A stretch of DNA of 60,489 nt from Nitrospirota bacterium. Its GTDB lineage: Bacteria; Nitrospirota; UBA9217. Numbering within the stretch: position 1 is the stretch's first letter; every line of letters begins with the position of its first letter. Below are positions 8,450 through 17,366 of this stretch, one piece after another. The position numbers and the translations under genes were made by a program. The DNA lies in the NCBI GenBank assembly GCA_045403145.1, contig JAXIPA010000053.1, forward strand, positions 1 through 60,489, read 5' to 3'. The notes under the pieces are model-generated. The model searched no databases. It had not been told where the DNA came from and saw only the letters and a program-made list of their open reading frames with translations.

Positions 8450-8641
8450 ATGGCTATCTCCTATCAAAAAACTGTAGATCCAGGCGGCCCGGAGAAAGAG
8501 AAGAAAACCGCGGAAGGGCAAGCGGGGGCAGGCAAAGACGACACGTGCAGGTGTAAAGAAGTCTCGAAAATGCCGCCACGTAAACTTCTCGGGCTCATGA
8601 TAAGCGACCTGGCTTTCTGGAAAAAAGCGAAAAAGGGATGA
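8450..8641 (+). CDS. hypothetical small protein (63 aa)
   Basis: ORF with GAGGA about 9 nt upstream, just after the MITE right end. No family recognised; weak call. Confidence 0.3.
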   Translation: MAISYQKTVDPGGPEKEKKTAEGQAGAGKDDTCRCKEVSKMPPRKLLGLMISDLAFWKKAKKG

Positions 8642-8709
8642 TCCGGGATCGCGTTGTCACTTTCAAATGAGCGGATCGAGAATCAGCATCTGAACGGAGA
8701 AGATGATCA

Positions 8710-9315
8710 ATGGGCTCAAAGCAGGTATTCCAGCCTCTTACCAGGGAAGATAAGATAACGGTTGTGCTCTACCGTATCGGTATCGTGCTATCGGCCGTCA
8801 TCATGAGCGGTCTGGCATTTCTCCTCGCGACGGCATCACCAAATTCCAATACGGCGCCGGGCAGCCTCCCGGCAGACATCCTTGCCTATGGGCTCTATGC
8901 ATCCGTCGGCATGAGCGTATTTTTCATTCATCTGTATGTGGGCAAGTTCAAGGGATACCTGAAAAACCTGTACTTCATCAGCCTTGGCTGTCTTGTCGTG
9001 CTCCTCTATCTCGGGAAGGGGTCCCTGTCCGGCGTGCTCGCGCACGAGCCCAACAGCTCGCTGCTCCTGCTGCCGCTTTCCCTATGCCTGGGATTCGTGA
9101 CCGCAAAGGAGGCCTTCTGCTTCCAGCTCTTCGAGGGATATCTCCTTGCCATGATCATGCCGGTCTACCTCCTGCTGGTTTCGGGCAACATCCTTTCCTC
9201 CGCGGGCGCAACCTATGGCCTGGTCCTGATCGCCGTTATGCTGGTCATCTTCACGCTGCGAAAAGTATTCCAGCCCATCGCCTACGACATCGGCGACAAA
9301 TCCGCCTATCAGTAA
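8710..9315 (+). CDS. integral membrane protein (DUF2301-like)
   Basis: 201 aa with 5-6 predicted TM helices. The TAKEAFCFQ motif resembles DUF2301 from memory. GGAGAAG SD upstream. Confidence 0.6.
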   Translation: MGSKQVFQPLTREDKITVVLYRIGIVLSAVIMSGLAFLLATASPNSNTAPGSLPADILAYGLYASVGMSVFFIHLYVGKFKGYLKNLYFISLGCLVVLLYLGKGSLSGVLAHEPNSSLLLLPLSLCLGFVTAKEAFCFQLFEGYLLAMIMPVYLLLVSGNILSSAGATYGLVLIAVMLVIFTLRKVFQPIAYDIGDKSAYQ

Positions 9316-9395
9316 AACTGAAAACACATTAGTTGACGGCGAATGACTGCGAATAAAGAAACTTCTTGGACGTTGGCAGGCCGGGCGTGCGGTGT

Positions 9396-9424
9396 TTGAC
9401 TTTTCTCTTTCGACCTGATAGGCT
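9396..9424 (+). promoter_or_regulatory. promoter with -10 placed 6 nt from ATG (leaderless geometry)
   Basis: TTGACT 9396-9401, 17-nt spacer, TAGGCT 9419-9424, TTTTAT, then ATG 9431. Confidence 0.4.
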
Positions 9425-9430
9425 TTTTAT

Positions 9431-10246
9431 ATGTCATATTTCTCTTCCATCGTTTCCCTCCGGGGAGCGGGATTTTCCGCTGCCCTCGGCTTTCTCCTCT
9501 TCGGGCTCGTACTCGTACCCGCCGCCTCCAGCGTGGAAGAAATGCTTGCCTCTTCCCTCCCGCCGCGCATACAGGCATTTCAGCCAGGAGAATCGCTGAC
9601 CTATGACGTCAGCTGGTCGGACAGGGTCAAGGCAGGGTCTGCGGTCATGGAAGTGAAGAAAGAGCGGCTGGCAGACGGCAGGGAGGTCCTCCGGTTCGTC
9701 GTAACATCCCGCACTGTCGGTGCGTTGGGCAGGCTCTACCCGATCGGCGACACGGTCCAGAGCGTCTTCGACCTGGCGACCATGCAAAGCCTTTCGTACA
9801 GCAGCGTGGAGACCCACGGCAAGAAAACGAGACGTAAAAACCTGTACTTCGACCATGTGAACCGGACTGTTACCACCGCGCTGAACGAAGACCCTCTGAA
9901 GACCGCGTCCATTCCGGACCGGGTACAGGACAATCTTTCGTCGCTCTACTATCTTCGCACGAGGGAGGACTTCGTAGTCGGCAAGCCCATTACCTTTGAA
10001 GCCTTTGACAGCGGCAGCAGTGTCACTGTCGAGATCCAGACCCTGGGCAGGGAACAGGTGAAAACACCGGCCGGGGAGTTCACCGCGATCAAGGTAAAGG
10101 CCTACAAGGGGCTTTTCGTGAGCGAGGGCGAGATTTTTGTCTGGCTCACCGATGACGCCCGGAAGGTCCCTGTGCTCTTAAAGAGCACGCTCAAGTTCGG
10201 GACCCTCGTATTCACCCTGGCCGAGCTGAAACTCGGAAGGAACTGA
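9431..10246 (+). CDS. DUF3108-like secreted protein
   Basis: 271 aa with an N-terminal signal-like hydrophobic segment. ...FQPGESLTYDVSWSDRVKAGSAVMEVKKE... resembles the DUF3108 N-terminal pattern. Confidence 0.6.
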   Translation: MSYFSSIVSLRGAGFSAALGFLLFGLVLVPAASSVEEMLASSLPPRIQAFQPGESLTYDVSWSDRVKAGSAVMEVKKERLADGREVLRFVVTSRTVGALGRLYPIGDTVQSVFDLATMQSLSYSSVETHGKKTRRKNLYFDHVNRTVTTALNEDPLKTASIPDRVQDNLSSLYYLRTREDFVVGKPITFEAFDSGSSVTVEIQTLGREQVKTPAGEFTAIKVKAYKGLFVSEGEIFVWLTDDARKVPVLLKSTLKFGTLVFTLAELKLGRN

Positions 10247-10298
10247 GCGGCGCCCCTGCCGTGATCATTGCCATTGCCGGGCGTGGTGCGGTGATACG

Positions 10299-11588
10299 TT
10301 ATTCCTCCCTCACCATTTCCGCGACGCATTCGATGTGGTAGGTATACGGGAACATGTCCACCGGCTGGAGGCGGTCGAGGCGAAGGCCGAAGAGGTGGAA
10401 GAATTTCAGGTCCCGCGCGAGGGTCGAGGGGTTGCACGAGACATAGACGATCTTCCGTGGAACGAACGCGAGGACCCGCTCGAGAGTTTTCAATGTCGCG
10501 CCGGCGCGCGGCGGGTCGAGCACGATCACGTCCGCGCGCATCTTGCGCTCTATCAGCGTTTTTAATCCCTTCTGCAGGTCATCGGCGATGAACTCCGTGT
10601 TTGTAATGCCGTTCAATTCCGCGTTCGCCTTCGCATCCTCGATCGCCGAATACCCCGATTCGACGCCGATCACGTGCCTCGCCCGTTTCGCGAGCGGCAG
10701 GGAGAAATTGCCGATGCCGCAGTAAAGGTCCAGCACGGTTTCCTTTCCGGTGAGTGCTGCGAAATCGAGTACCGTCCTGACCATGTTCCTGTTCTGCTCC
10801 CAGTTGACCTGGTAAAAATTTCCTTCCGTGGCCCGGAGCGTCAGCCCTTCCATCTCGAGCGTCAGCCGGTTGTTGCCGAGGGTAAACGCCTTTTTCCTGT
10901 TCGCAAACCCGGTGATCCCGATGACCTCGGGCGCCATTTTTTTCAGGTCCGCAAAAAAAGCTTCCCCCCGGGGAAACGTGCCCTGTTCGCTGAACAGCAG
11001 GAGGTGGACCTCTCCGGCAGGGGTCGCATTGATATGGATTTCCGAAAGGGGCGGGAGCTGTTGTTCCAGCTTTCTGACGGCCTTGAGCGTCCGGTTGATG
11101 AGCGGATCGATGAGGAAGGCGTCATCCACTTCAACGAGTTCGTACGAGCCCTGGCGGAAAAAACCGATCCGCTGCCTGCCTTCCGACGCGCGGACATTGA
11201 ATTGTGTACGCAGACGGTAGTGGTCGGTCCGCGGAGAGGGAAGGATGGGAAGGGGGCGCCGCGGCGATATCCCTCCGGTCCGTGCGAGCGCGTCGAGAAG
11301 GATTTCCTGCTTGTAGTGAAGCTGGGCGGGATAGGCGATGTGCGGCCACGTCGCGCCGGTGCACTGTTTTTCTCCGGTGCACGGGGGGGTGATGCGGTCC
11401 GTTGACGGGGCGATGATTTCGACGAGGTCGGCTTCGAGAAACCCTTTGCGTTTCCTCCGCAAGGTGACGACGGCCCGCTCGCCGGGAAGCACGCCGGAAA
11501 CGAAGACGGCCTGGCCGGAGCCGAGCCGGGCCAGACCGCTGCCCCCATGCACGAGCTTTTCCACGACCAACTCCGTCCGCTCGTTCAT
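10299..11588 (-). CDS. rlmD: 23S rRNA (uracil-5)-methyltransferase RlmD/RumA family (TRAM + SAM MTase)
   Basis: ORF 10299..11660 trimmed to ATG 11588, which overlaps the upstream TGA (ATGA). TRAM-like N-terminus (VEKLVHGGSGLARL...), SAM motif DLYCGIGNFSLPLA, C-terminal VYVSCNPSTLARD. Confidence 0.85.
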   Translation of the reverse strand: MNERTELVVEKLVHGGSGLARLGSGQAVFVSGVLPGERAVVTLRRKRKGFLEADLVEIIAPSTDRITPPCTGEKQCTGATWPHIAYPAQLHYKQEILLDALARTGGISPRRPLPILPSPRTDHYRLRTQFNVRASEGRQRIGFFRQGSYELVEVDDAFLIDPLINRTLKAVRKLEQQLPPLSEIHINATPAGEVHLLLFSEQGTFPRGEAFFADLKKMAPEVIGITGFANRKKAFTLGNNRLTLEMEGLTLRATEGNFYQVNWEQNRNMVRTVLDFAALTGKETVLDLYCGIGNFSLPLAKRARHVIGVESGYSAIEDAKANAELNGITNTEFIADDLQKGLKTLIERKMRADVIVLDPPRAGATLKTLERVLAFVPRKIVYVSCNPSTLARDLKFFHLFGLRLDRLQPVDMFPYTYHIECVAEMVREE

Positions 11589-11941
11589 CCCAGGATCTTT
11601 TTTACCGTATCGCGAAGCAGGGCGGTATCGGCGGATTTGACCACGTAGGCGTCGGAGCACCAGCTTCCGAAGTCGTGCTTGTACTCTTCATAGGCCGTGC
11701 AGATGATGACCGGCAGCGTGCTGTCCTTTTCCTTCATCTTGCGCAGCGCCTCGATCCCGTCCATGTCGGGCATGCGCATGTCGAGCGTGACGAGGTCGAA
11801 CTTTGCCGCGTCCATCGCCTTGAGCGCCTGTACCCCGTCGTTGACCGCGGTCACCGCGTAGCCCAGCTCCTCGAATTCTTCCTTGTAGAGCTCCCGGATG
11901 TTCTCTTCATCGTCGACAACCAGTATCTTTTTCATAGACAT
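11585..11941 (-). CDS. single-domain response regulator (CheY-like receiver)
   Basis: KILVVDDEENIRELY...DLVTLDMRMPDMDGIEAL...PVIICTAY: canonical receiver with a DD...D...K pattern. Confidence 0.9.
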   Translation of the reverse strand: MSMKKILVVDDEENIRELYKEEFEELGYAVTAVNDGVQALKAMDAAKFDLVTLDMRMPDMDGIEALRKMKEKDSTLPVIICTAYEEYKHDFGSWCSDAYVVKSADTALLRDTVKKILG

Positions 11942-12056
11942 CTCCCCGATATTTGTTCGGCAAACAGGTCAGAATGCCGGCATTGCCTTGAACCGCCCCC
12001 GGCCGCCCGATCCGGCACTTTTCCCTTCTTTATAATAATATCACCCGGGCCTTCAT

Positions 12057-14444
12057 TCAAGCGTTCATTTCTTTCATCTCCGGGAGCGGCAGCTTGATCG
12101 TGAAGACCGCTCCCCCGGTGTCCTTGTTTCGGAGCTCGATCCTGCCCTCATGGGCCTTGATAATCCTGTTCGTGATGGGCAGACCGAGTCCCGTGCCGCG
12201 CGTCTTCGTGGTGTAGTAGGGGTTGAAGATGTTGTGCATGGCCTTCGACGAGACCCCCGGCCCCGTGTCGCCGAACTCTATCGCCGCCTCCCGCGCATCG
12301 TCCACGGTATAGGTCCTGATGGTCAGCGTGCCGCCGTTTTCCATGGCCTCCATTGCGTTCTTTAAAATATTGATCACGGCCTGCTTGATCTGCTGAGGGT
12401 CGATCATGAGCCGCGGCAGGCGGGGAGAAAAATCTTTTTCCACACGGATGCGCCGCTGGGCCAATTCGTCCTCGTAGAGCGTAAAAATCTCCTCGAGCAG
12501 GGAGTTTATGTCCGTTGCGGCGAGCTGGGGGGCCATTTCCTTGATATACGACAGGTTGTCGTGGATGATCCCCTCGAGCCGGGAGACCTCGCTCAGGATG
12601 ATGTCGATGTATTTTTTTTCGTCGCCGGTCTGCATTTTTTTGGCGAGACGCCGCGTGAACCCCCCGATGGACACGAGGGGGTTCCGGATCTCATGAGTGA
12701 TCTCGGCCATCATGGCGCCCAGGGCCGCCATCTTTTCGGACTGCACGAGCTGTTCGTGCAGGGAGCGCATGTCCTTGTTCATCGTTTCGAGGTTCGTGTG
12801 GATGATGGCGTTCTCGATGGCGAGGGCCGACTGGTGCGCGAACATGGTGAGGAACCGTACATCTCCGTCGGTGATCGGTCGCTGGTTGAACATGTTGTCC
12901 ACGAGGATGACGCCTATGACGCGGTCCTTGGCCACGAGGGGCACCGTCGCGAAGCTGTTCACCTTGAGCAGCTCGCGTAGCTCCCAGCGGACGTTCGGGT
13001 CCGCGGACGCGTCGGTTACATTGTAGGCCCGCTTGTTCAGCACGGTAAGGGCCAGGACGCCTTCCTGGGGGTCCAGTGATATTCTGATGCCCCGCGCAAG
13101 GCTGTTGAGCGCCGAATCGCGGTGCTCGAAGAGTTCGCCGGTCTGGATCCACTCCATGAGGCTTTTATGCCTGCTCGACACCTCGCTCCACGCCCGGCCG
13201 GCCTCCTCCCAGTTCGCGGGGCCGACCCCCATCATGCCCTGGAGCGCGTTGGTCCGTTCGTTCGTGAGCAGGAGGATCGCGCGGTTGAAACCCAGGCCGC
13301 TGCCGCCCATGGTGGCGGCCGTCAGGATGATCCTGAGCAGGCGGTCCAGGTTCAAGGTCGTGCTCATGGCCGTGCCGATATCGTTCAGGATGGCGAGCTC
13401 CTGCGCGCGCGTGCGCGCTTCGATCGCGAGGTCCTCCATGCGCTCGTACATGGCCGCGTTCTCGATGGCCACGGTCGCGCCGCTCGCCACGGTCGTCAGG
13501 AACTGGAGATCGTCCTCTCCGAAGGCCCGGCCCTCCATCTTATTGTAGACGGTGATGATCCCGATCACCTTGTCGCGGAAAATGAGCGGCACGCTGATGA
13601 CTGAGCAGACGTCGCCGGCGGGGCACTCCGTGAGGGAAGAATCGCGCCGGACGTCCTGGATCAAAAGCGGACGTTTTTCCCGCGCGACCCGGTCCGTCAC
13701 CGCGCTGCCGATTCTCTCGTCGATGCCGGCTGTGTCCCCGCCGGCGCCGTAAGAAGCGGATGTCCTGTGGGAAGCGCCCTCCGGCAGGTTCATCAGCCGG
13801 ATGGTGCAGCCCTGGGCGCGGAGCGATTGCGCGCTGTTTTTGGCGATGAGCGACAGGAGCTGTTCCAGATCGAGCGTGGAGGTGAGCGCCATGCCTATCT
13901 CGTAGATGGTTGCGAGTTCGGCGAGCCGGTCCTGGATGTTCTGGAACAGCCTCGCGCTTCTGATCACACCGCTGAGCTGGTTGGCCGTCGTGATGAGCAG
14001 CGTAAGGTCAGGCGACGTGGCCTGCCAGGCTGACGATGAGAGTACGAAGATGACGCCGAGGCACTGGTCGTCGTCCATGATGGGGGCGGCAACGAGGGAC
14101 TTGAATTTTTCGATGCCCGATTCTGGGACGTAGGCGAACCTCGGGTCCGAATAGGGGTCTTCGAGCGCGAGCGGCACCTTCTGCTCGGCCACCCAGCCCG
14201 CGATCCCCATGCCGAGCGGAAAGCTCAGCTTGCCGATGGACTCCTGGTTCAGACCGATTGCCGCGACGAGGGTGACGGTTTTCCCGGACCGGTCGATGAG
14301 AAAGACCGAGGCGCCTTCCTTGCCCATGCCTTTTGCCACGGCCTCGACAATGCGCCGGAGTTTCTCCGTAAGATCGATGGCGGAGTTCGATATGCGGCTG
14401 ATGTCGCTCAGGATGCTGAGCTCTGTTTTTTCGAGCGCTTCCAT
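12057..14444 (-). CDS. multi-GAF sensor histidine kinase
   Basis: 795 aa with several GAF-like repeats, H-box EITHEIRNPL, and HATPase_c motifs (NAMEAM, DTGPG, GTGLGL). Confidence 0.9.
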   Translation of the reverse strand: MEALEKTELSILSDISRISNSAIDLTEKLRRIVEAVAKGMGKEGASVFLIDRSGKTVTLVAAIGLNQESIGKLSFPLGMGIAGWVAEQKVPLALEDPYSDPRFAYVPESGIEKFKSLVAAPIMDDDQCLGVIFVLSSSAWQATSPDLTLLITTANQLSGVIRSARLFQNIQDRLAELATIYEIGMALTSTLDLEQLLSLIAKNSAQSLRAQGCTIRLMNLPEGASHRTSASYGAGGDTAGIDERIGSAVTDRVAREKRPLLIQDVRRDSSLTECPAGDVCSVISVPLIFRDKVIGIITVYNKMEGRAFGEDDLQFLTTVASGATVAIENAAMYERMEDLAIEARTRAQELAILNDIGTAMSTTLNLDRLLRIILTAATMGGSGLGFNRAILLLTNERTNALQGMMGVGPANWEEAGRAWSEVSSRHKSLMEWIQTGELFEHRDSALNSLARGIRISLDPQEGVLALTVLNKRAYNVTDASADPNVRWELRELLKVNSFATVPLVAKDRVIGVILVDNMFNQRPITDGDVRFLTMFAHQSALAIENAIIHTNLETMNKDMRSLHEQLVQSEKMAALGAMMAEITHEIRNPLVSIGGFTRRLAKKMQTGDEKKYIDIILSEVSRLEGIIHDNLSYIKEMAPQLAATDINSLLEEIFTLYEDELAQRRIRVEKDFSPRLPRLMIDPQQIKQAVINILKNAMEAMENGGTLTIRTYTVDDAREAAIEFGDTGPGVSSKAMHNIFNPYYTTKTRGTGLGLPITNRIIKAHEGRIELRNKDTGGAVFTIKLPLPEMKEMNA

Positions 14445-14450
14445 ACTGTT

Positions 14451-14542
14451 TTTTACCGCAGAGAGCGCAGAGCACGCAGAGAAGGGATTCTCTTTCAGGT
14501 ATCTCGTCCTGTCTCTGCGATCTCAGCGTCCTCCGCGGTGAG
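14451..14542. repeat. Family C oligomer-array inverted repeat
   Basis: TTTTACCGCAGAGAGCGCAGAGCACGCAGAGAA (14451-14483) pairs with the reverse complement of GTCTCTGCGATCTCAGCGTCCTCCGCGGTGAG (14511-14542); about 27-nt loop. Lies 9 nt downstream of the glgA stop. Confidence 0.6.
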
Positions 14543-14551
14543 TGCCTTGCG

Positions 14552-15997
14552 TTATTTCTTCCTCATCGCCTTCCGGTACACCTTTACATACTCCTTGGCC
14601 GACTGTTCCCAGGAGAAATCCTGTTTCATGCCGTTCTGCGCCAGGAGCTTCCATTGTTTCCCGTTGCCGTAAACCCCGAGCGCGCGGCGGAGGCAGTCCA
14701 CGAGCGCCGGGGCGGTGTACTCATCGAAAAGGAAACCGGTCCCGCGGCCGGTTCTTGCGTTGAAGTCCTTGACCGTGTCCGCCAGTCCGCCTGTCCTGCG
14801 GACGAGGGGGACGGTGCCGTACCTGAGCGCGTGCATCTGTCCCAGACCGCAGGGCTCATAGCGCGACGGCATCAGGAACAGATCGCTCCCCGCGTAAATG
14901 TTCCTGGCAAGGCCGTCATTGTATTGGAGCAGCACCCGCATGCGGTCCGGGTAACTGCTTGCCGCATCGGTCAGGACCCTGTGGTATAGTTCATCGCCGG
15001 TCCCGAGGATGATGAGCTGCACGCCCAGGGACATGATTTCCGGCAGTGCTTCCGTAAGAAGGTCGAGCCCCTTCTGGTCCACGAGGCGCGTGACCATGCC
15101 GATGAGCGGCCCGCCGGCTTCGGGCAATCCGAGGCTGTGACGCAGCGTTTTTTTGCAGACCGCCTTGCCCACGAGCCGCGTCAAGCTGTATGTGCGCGGC
15201 AGCGCCCGGTCGCGGGCAGGATCCCACTCGGCATAGTCAATGCCGTTCACGATGCCGTGGAGGTCGGCGGCGCGTTTCAGGAGCACACCCTCCAGTCCAT
15301 GGCCGTATTCCGGCGTCTGGATCTCGCGGCTGTACGTTTTGCTGACTGTCGTGATCATGTCCGAGTACACGAGGCCGGCCTTGAGGAGGTTCATCCTGCC
15401 CCAGAATTCAAGGCCTTCGGGCGTGAACACGTCCCAGTCGAGGCCGGTGAGGCGCATGTCCCAGTGCCAGAAAAGGCCCTGGTAGCCGAGGTTGTGCACG
15501 GTGAAGACCGTTTTCGCCTCGCGCAGCGTTTCGGCCGTGCGGTACAGTTTTTTCAGATACAGGGGGACCAGGCCGGTCTGCCAGTCATTACAGTGCACGA
15601 TGTCGGGCCGCAGGCCGAGGGCGACGCAGAGCTCCGGAACGGCGCGCGAAAAAAAAATGAAGCGCTCGGCGTTATCGGGATAGTCGGCCCGCGCCGTGCC
15701 GTAGAGCTCGGGCCGGTCAAAGTAGATGTCCTTGTTGATGAAATAGACCGTGACGTTCCCGGCCATCCTGCCCTTGAGCACGTCACAGCGTTCCTGCCAC
15801 GTTCCGAGGGGGACGGTGAACGAGGCTACGTGCTTGAGTTTGTACCTGGCGACGTCCACCTGCCGGTATCGCGGCATGACTACGCTCACGTCGTGGCCGA
15901 GCTTCACCAAGGCGGGCGGGAGGCTTCCGGCGACGTCCGCGAGCCCTCCGGTCTTCGAAAAGGGGGCCGCTTCAGATGCCGCGAACAGGATTTTCAT
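14552..15997 (-). CDS. glgA: glycogen synthase (ADP-glucose type)
   Basis: MKILFAASEAAPFSKTGGLADVAGSLPPAL is the canonical GlgA N-terminus; 481 aa. Confidence 0.95.
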   Translation of the reverse strand: MKILFAASEAAPFSKTGGLADVAGSLPPALVKLGHDVSVVMPRYRQVDVARYKLKHVASFTVPLGTWQERCDVLKGRMAGNVTVYFINKDIYFDRPELYGTARADYPDNAERFIFFSRAVPELCVALGLRPDIVHCNDWQTGLVPLYLKKLYRTAETLREAKTVFTVHNLGYQGLFWHWDMRLTGLDWDVFTPEGLEFWGRMNLLKAGLVYSDMITTVSKTYSREIQTPEYGHGLEGVLLKRAADLHGIVNGIDYAEWDPARDRALPRTYSLTRLVGKAVCKKTLRHSLGLPEAGGPLIGMVTRLVDQKGLDLLTEALPEIMSLGVQLIILGTGDELYHRVLTDAASSYPDRMRVLLQYNDGLARNIYAGSDLFLMPSRYEPCGLGQMHALRYGTVPLVRRTGGLADTVKDFNARTGRGTGFLFDEYTAPALVDCLRRALGVYGNGKQWKLLAQNGMKQDFSWEQSAKEYVKVYRKAMRKK

Positions 15998-16020
15998 AAT
16001 CTGGCGCTCTCAAAATTGAT

Positions 16021-16047
16021 TTTCGCCGCAGAGGGCGCTGAGAAAAG
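16021..16047. repeat. Family C array arm (unpaired)
   Basis: TTTCGCCGCAGAGGGCGCTGAGAAAAG, directly followed by MITE copy 2. No partner arm found. Confidence 0.4.
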
Positions 16048-16057
16048 ATTTAGTATA

Positions 16058-16267
16058 ATGGTTGATGTAATCTTAACAGTCGTCATTCCCGCTTGATTCA
16101 TAGCCTGCCCCGGCATGCTTAAAGCCGGGGGGAATCGTATCGTCGCATGACATTATAGAAAAGAAGGATTCCGGACACCCTGCACTACGCTTCGCTCGTA
16201 ACCGCTGGGTGCAAGCAAGCCGGAATGACGGCAAAAGGGCGTTTTTCTACTTTATTACGGAACTATC
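16058..16267 (+). mobile_element. MITE-like element, longest form (about 210 bp), copy 2
   Basis: Same core as copy 1, plus a 33-nt hairpin insert (16096-16128) in the loop of hairpin 1. Degenerate TIRs; the right TIR overlaps the galT TGA stop (16266-16268). Confidence 0.6.
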
Positions 16268-17261
16268 ATAATTTTATATCCCGCAGGAACCTCGCGGCGT
16301 CCTCGGGCGGCGTCGGGTTGATGTAGAACCCCGAGCCCCATTCAAAGCCGGCAACACTCGTGAGTTTGGGCATCAGTTCGATGTGCCAGTGGTAGTAATC
16401 GTTCCGTTCATCACGGAACGGCGAGGTATGGATCACATAGTTGTACGGGGGGGTCGAAAGGGCCCGGTCTATCCGGCGCAGGACATTTTGCATGAGGGCG
16501 GCAAGGTCCCGGAAGTCTTCGTTCGTCGAGCAGGCATAGCAGGAGAGGTGCTTTTTGGGCATGATCCACGTCTCGAAGGGGAAGCGCGGCGCGTACGGCG
16601 CCAGGGCGATGAAGAGCGGCGTTTCGAGCACCACCCGCGACCCTGAGCGCATCTCCTGGTGGATGATGTCGCAGAAGATGCACCGTTCCTTCAGCTCGTA
16701 GTGCCGCTTGCTGCCATCGATCTCCTCCTGCACCTGGATCGGCACGATCGGCAGGGCAATGAGCTGCGAATGCGTGTGTTCCAGCGTCGCGCCCGCGGTA
16801 AGCCCCTCGTTCTTGAAGATCAGCGTATACTGGAAACGGGTGTCCTTCTTCAGGTCCTCCATGCGGTCCCGGTACGCCCAGAGCACTTCTTCCATTGCCC
16901 TGAGCGGGAGGGTGGCAAGCGTGGCGCTGTGGTCCGGGCTTTCGATGATGACTTCGTGCGCCCCGATGCCGTTCATCTTGTCGAAGATGCCCTCGCCCGC
17001 CTTGTTCAGGCTGCCCTCGATCTGGAGGGCGGGGAACTTGTTCGGCACGGTCCGGAGGCGCCAGCCCGGCCCGTTCGGCTGGCCGTTGTCCCGGTAAGCG
17101 AGGATTTCGTTCGGCGTGGTCCGTTCGTTGCCCGCGCAGAACGGGCAGAAGCCGGCCCGTTTCATGTTGCGCTGGTCCTGAAATTCGCTGGGCCGCTTGC
17201 CCCGCTCTGATGAGATGATGACCCATCTGCCCGAGATGGGGTCTTTCCGTAATTCCGGCAT
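16266..17261 (-). CDS. galT: galactose-1-phosphate uridylyltransferase family (GalT / nucleotidyl-hexose phosphorylase-like)
   Basis: Zn site CPFCAGNE and HxHxQ active site (LEHTHSQL). Start set to ATG 17261 behind AGGAG with a 6-nt spacer (MPELRKDPISGRW...). Confidence 0.85.
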   Translation of the reverse strand: MPELRKDPISGRWVIISSERGKRPSEFQDQRNMKRAGFCPFCAGNERTTPNEILAYRDNGQPNGPGWRLRTVPNKFPALQIEGSLNKAGEGIFDKMNGIGAHEVIIESPDHSATLATLPLRAMEEVLWAYRDRMEDLKKDTRFQYTLIFKNEGLTAGATLEHTHSQLIALPIVPIQVQEEIDGSKRHYELKERCIFCDIIHQEMRSGSRVVLETPLFIALAPYAPRFPFETWIMPKKHLSCYACSTNEDFRDLAALMQNVLRRIDRALSTPPYNYVIHTSPFRDERNDYYHWHIELMPKLTSVAGFEWGSGFYINPTPPEDAARFLRDIKL

Positions 17262-17330
17262 AATACGCTCCTGGGTCCGCAAACGAAGAAATGTAAGCGA
17301 ATTTTTATATTATATCCGTCTCGATGCCTG

Positions 17331-17360
17331 TTGTCAAAAGAACTCTTGCTGTGCTATGAT
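17331..17360 (+). promoter_or_regulatory. extended -10 promoter placed 6 nt from ATG (leaderless geometry)
   Basis: TTGTCA 17331-17336, TGCTATGAT 17352-17360, GGCCCC, then ATG 17367. Confidence 0.45.
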
Positions 17361-17366
17361 GGCCCC

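Noticed and set aside
8237-8521. ORFs spanning repeat elements (8237..8521-, 32778..33536-, 53421..53651+, 59845..60036-, 30244..30777-), with peptides such as ...RFPTSGNDDFLRNH....
   Set aside because: The conserved peptide strings come from the MITE DNA sequence itself. The copies differ by indels that break the frame, and no start signals are present.
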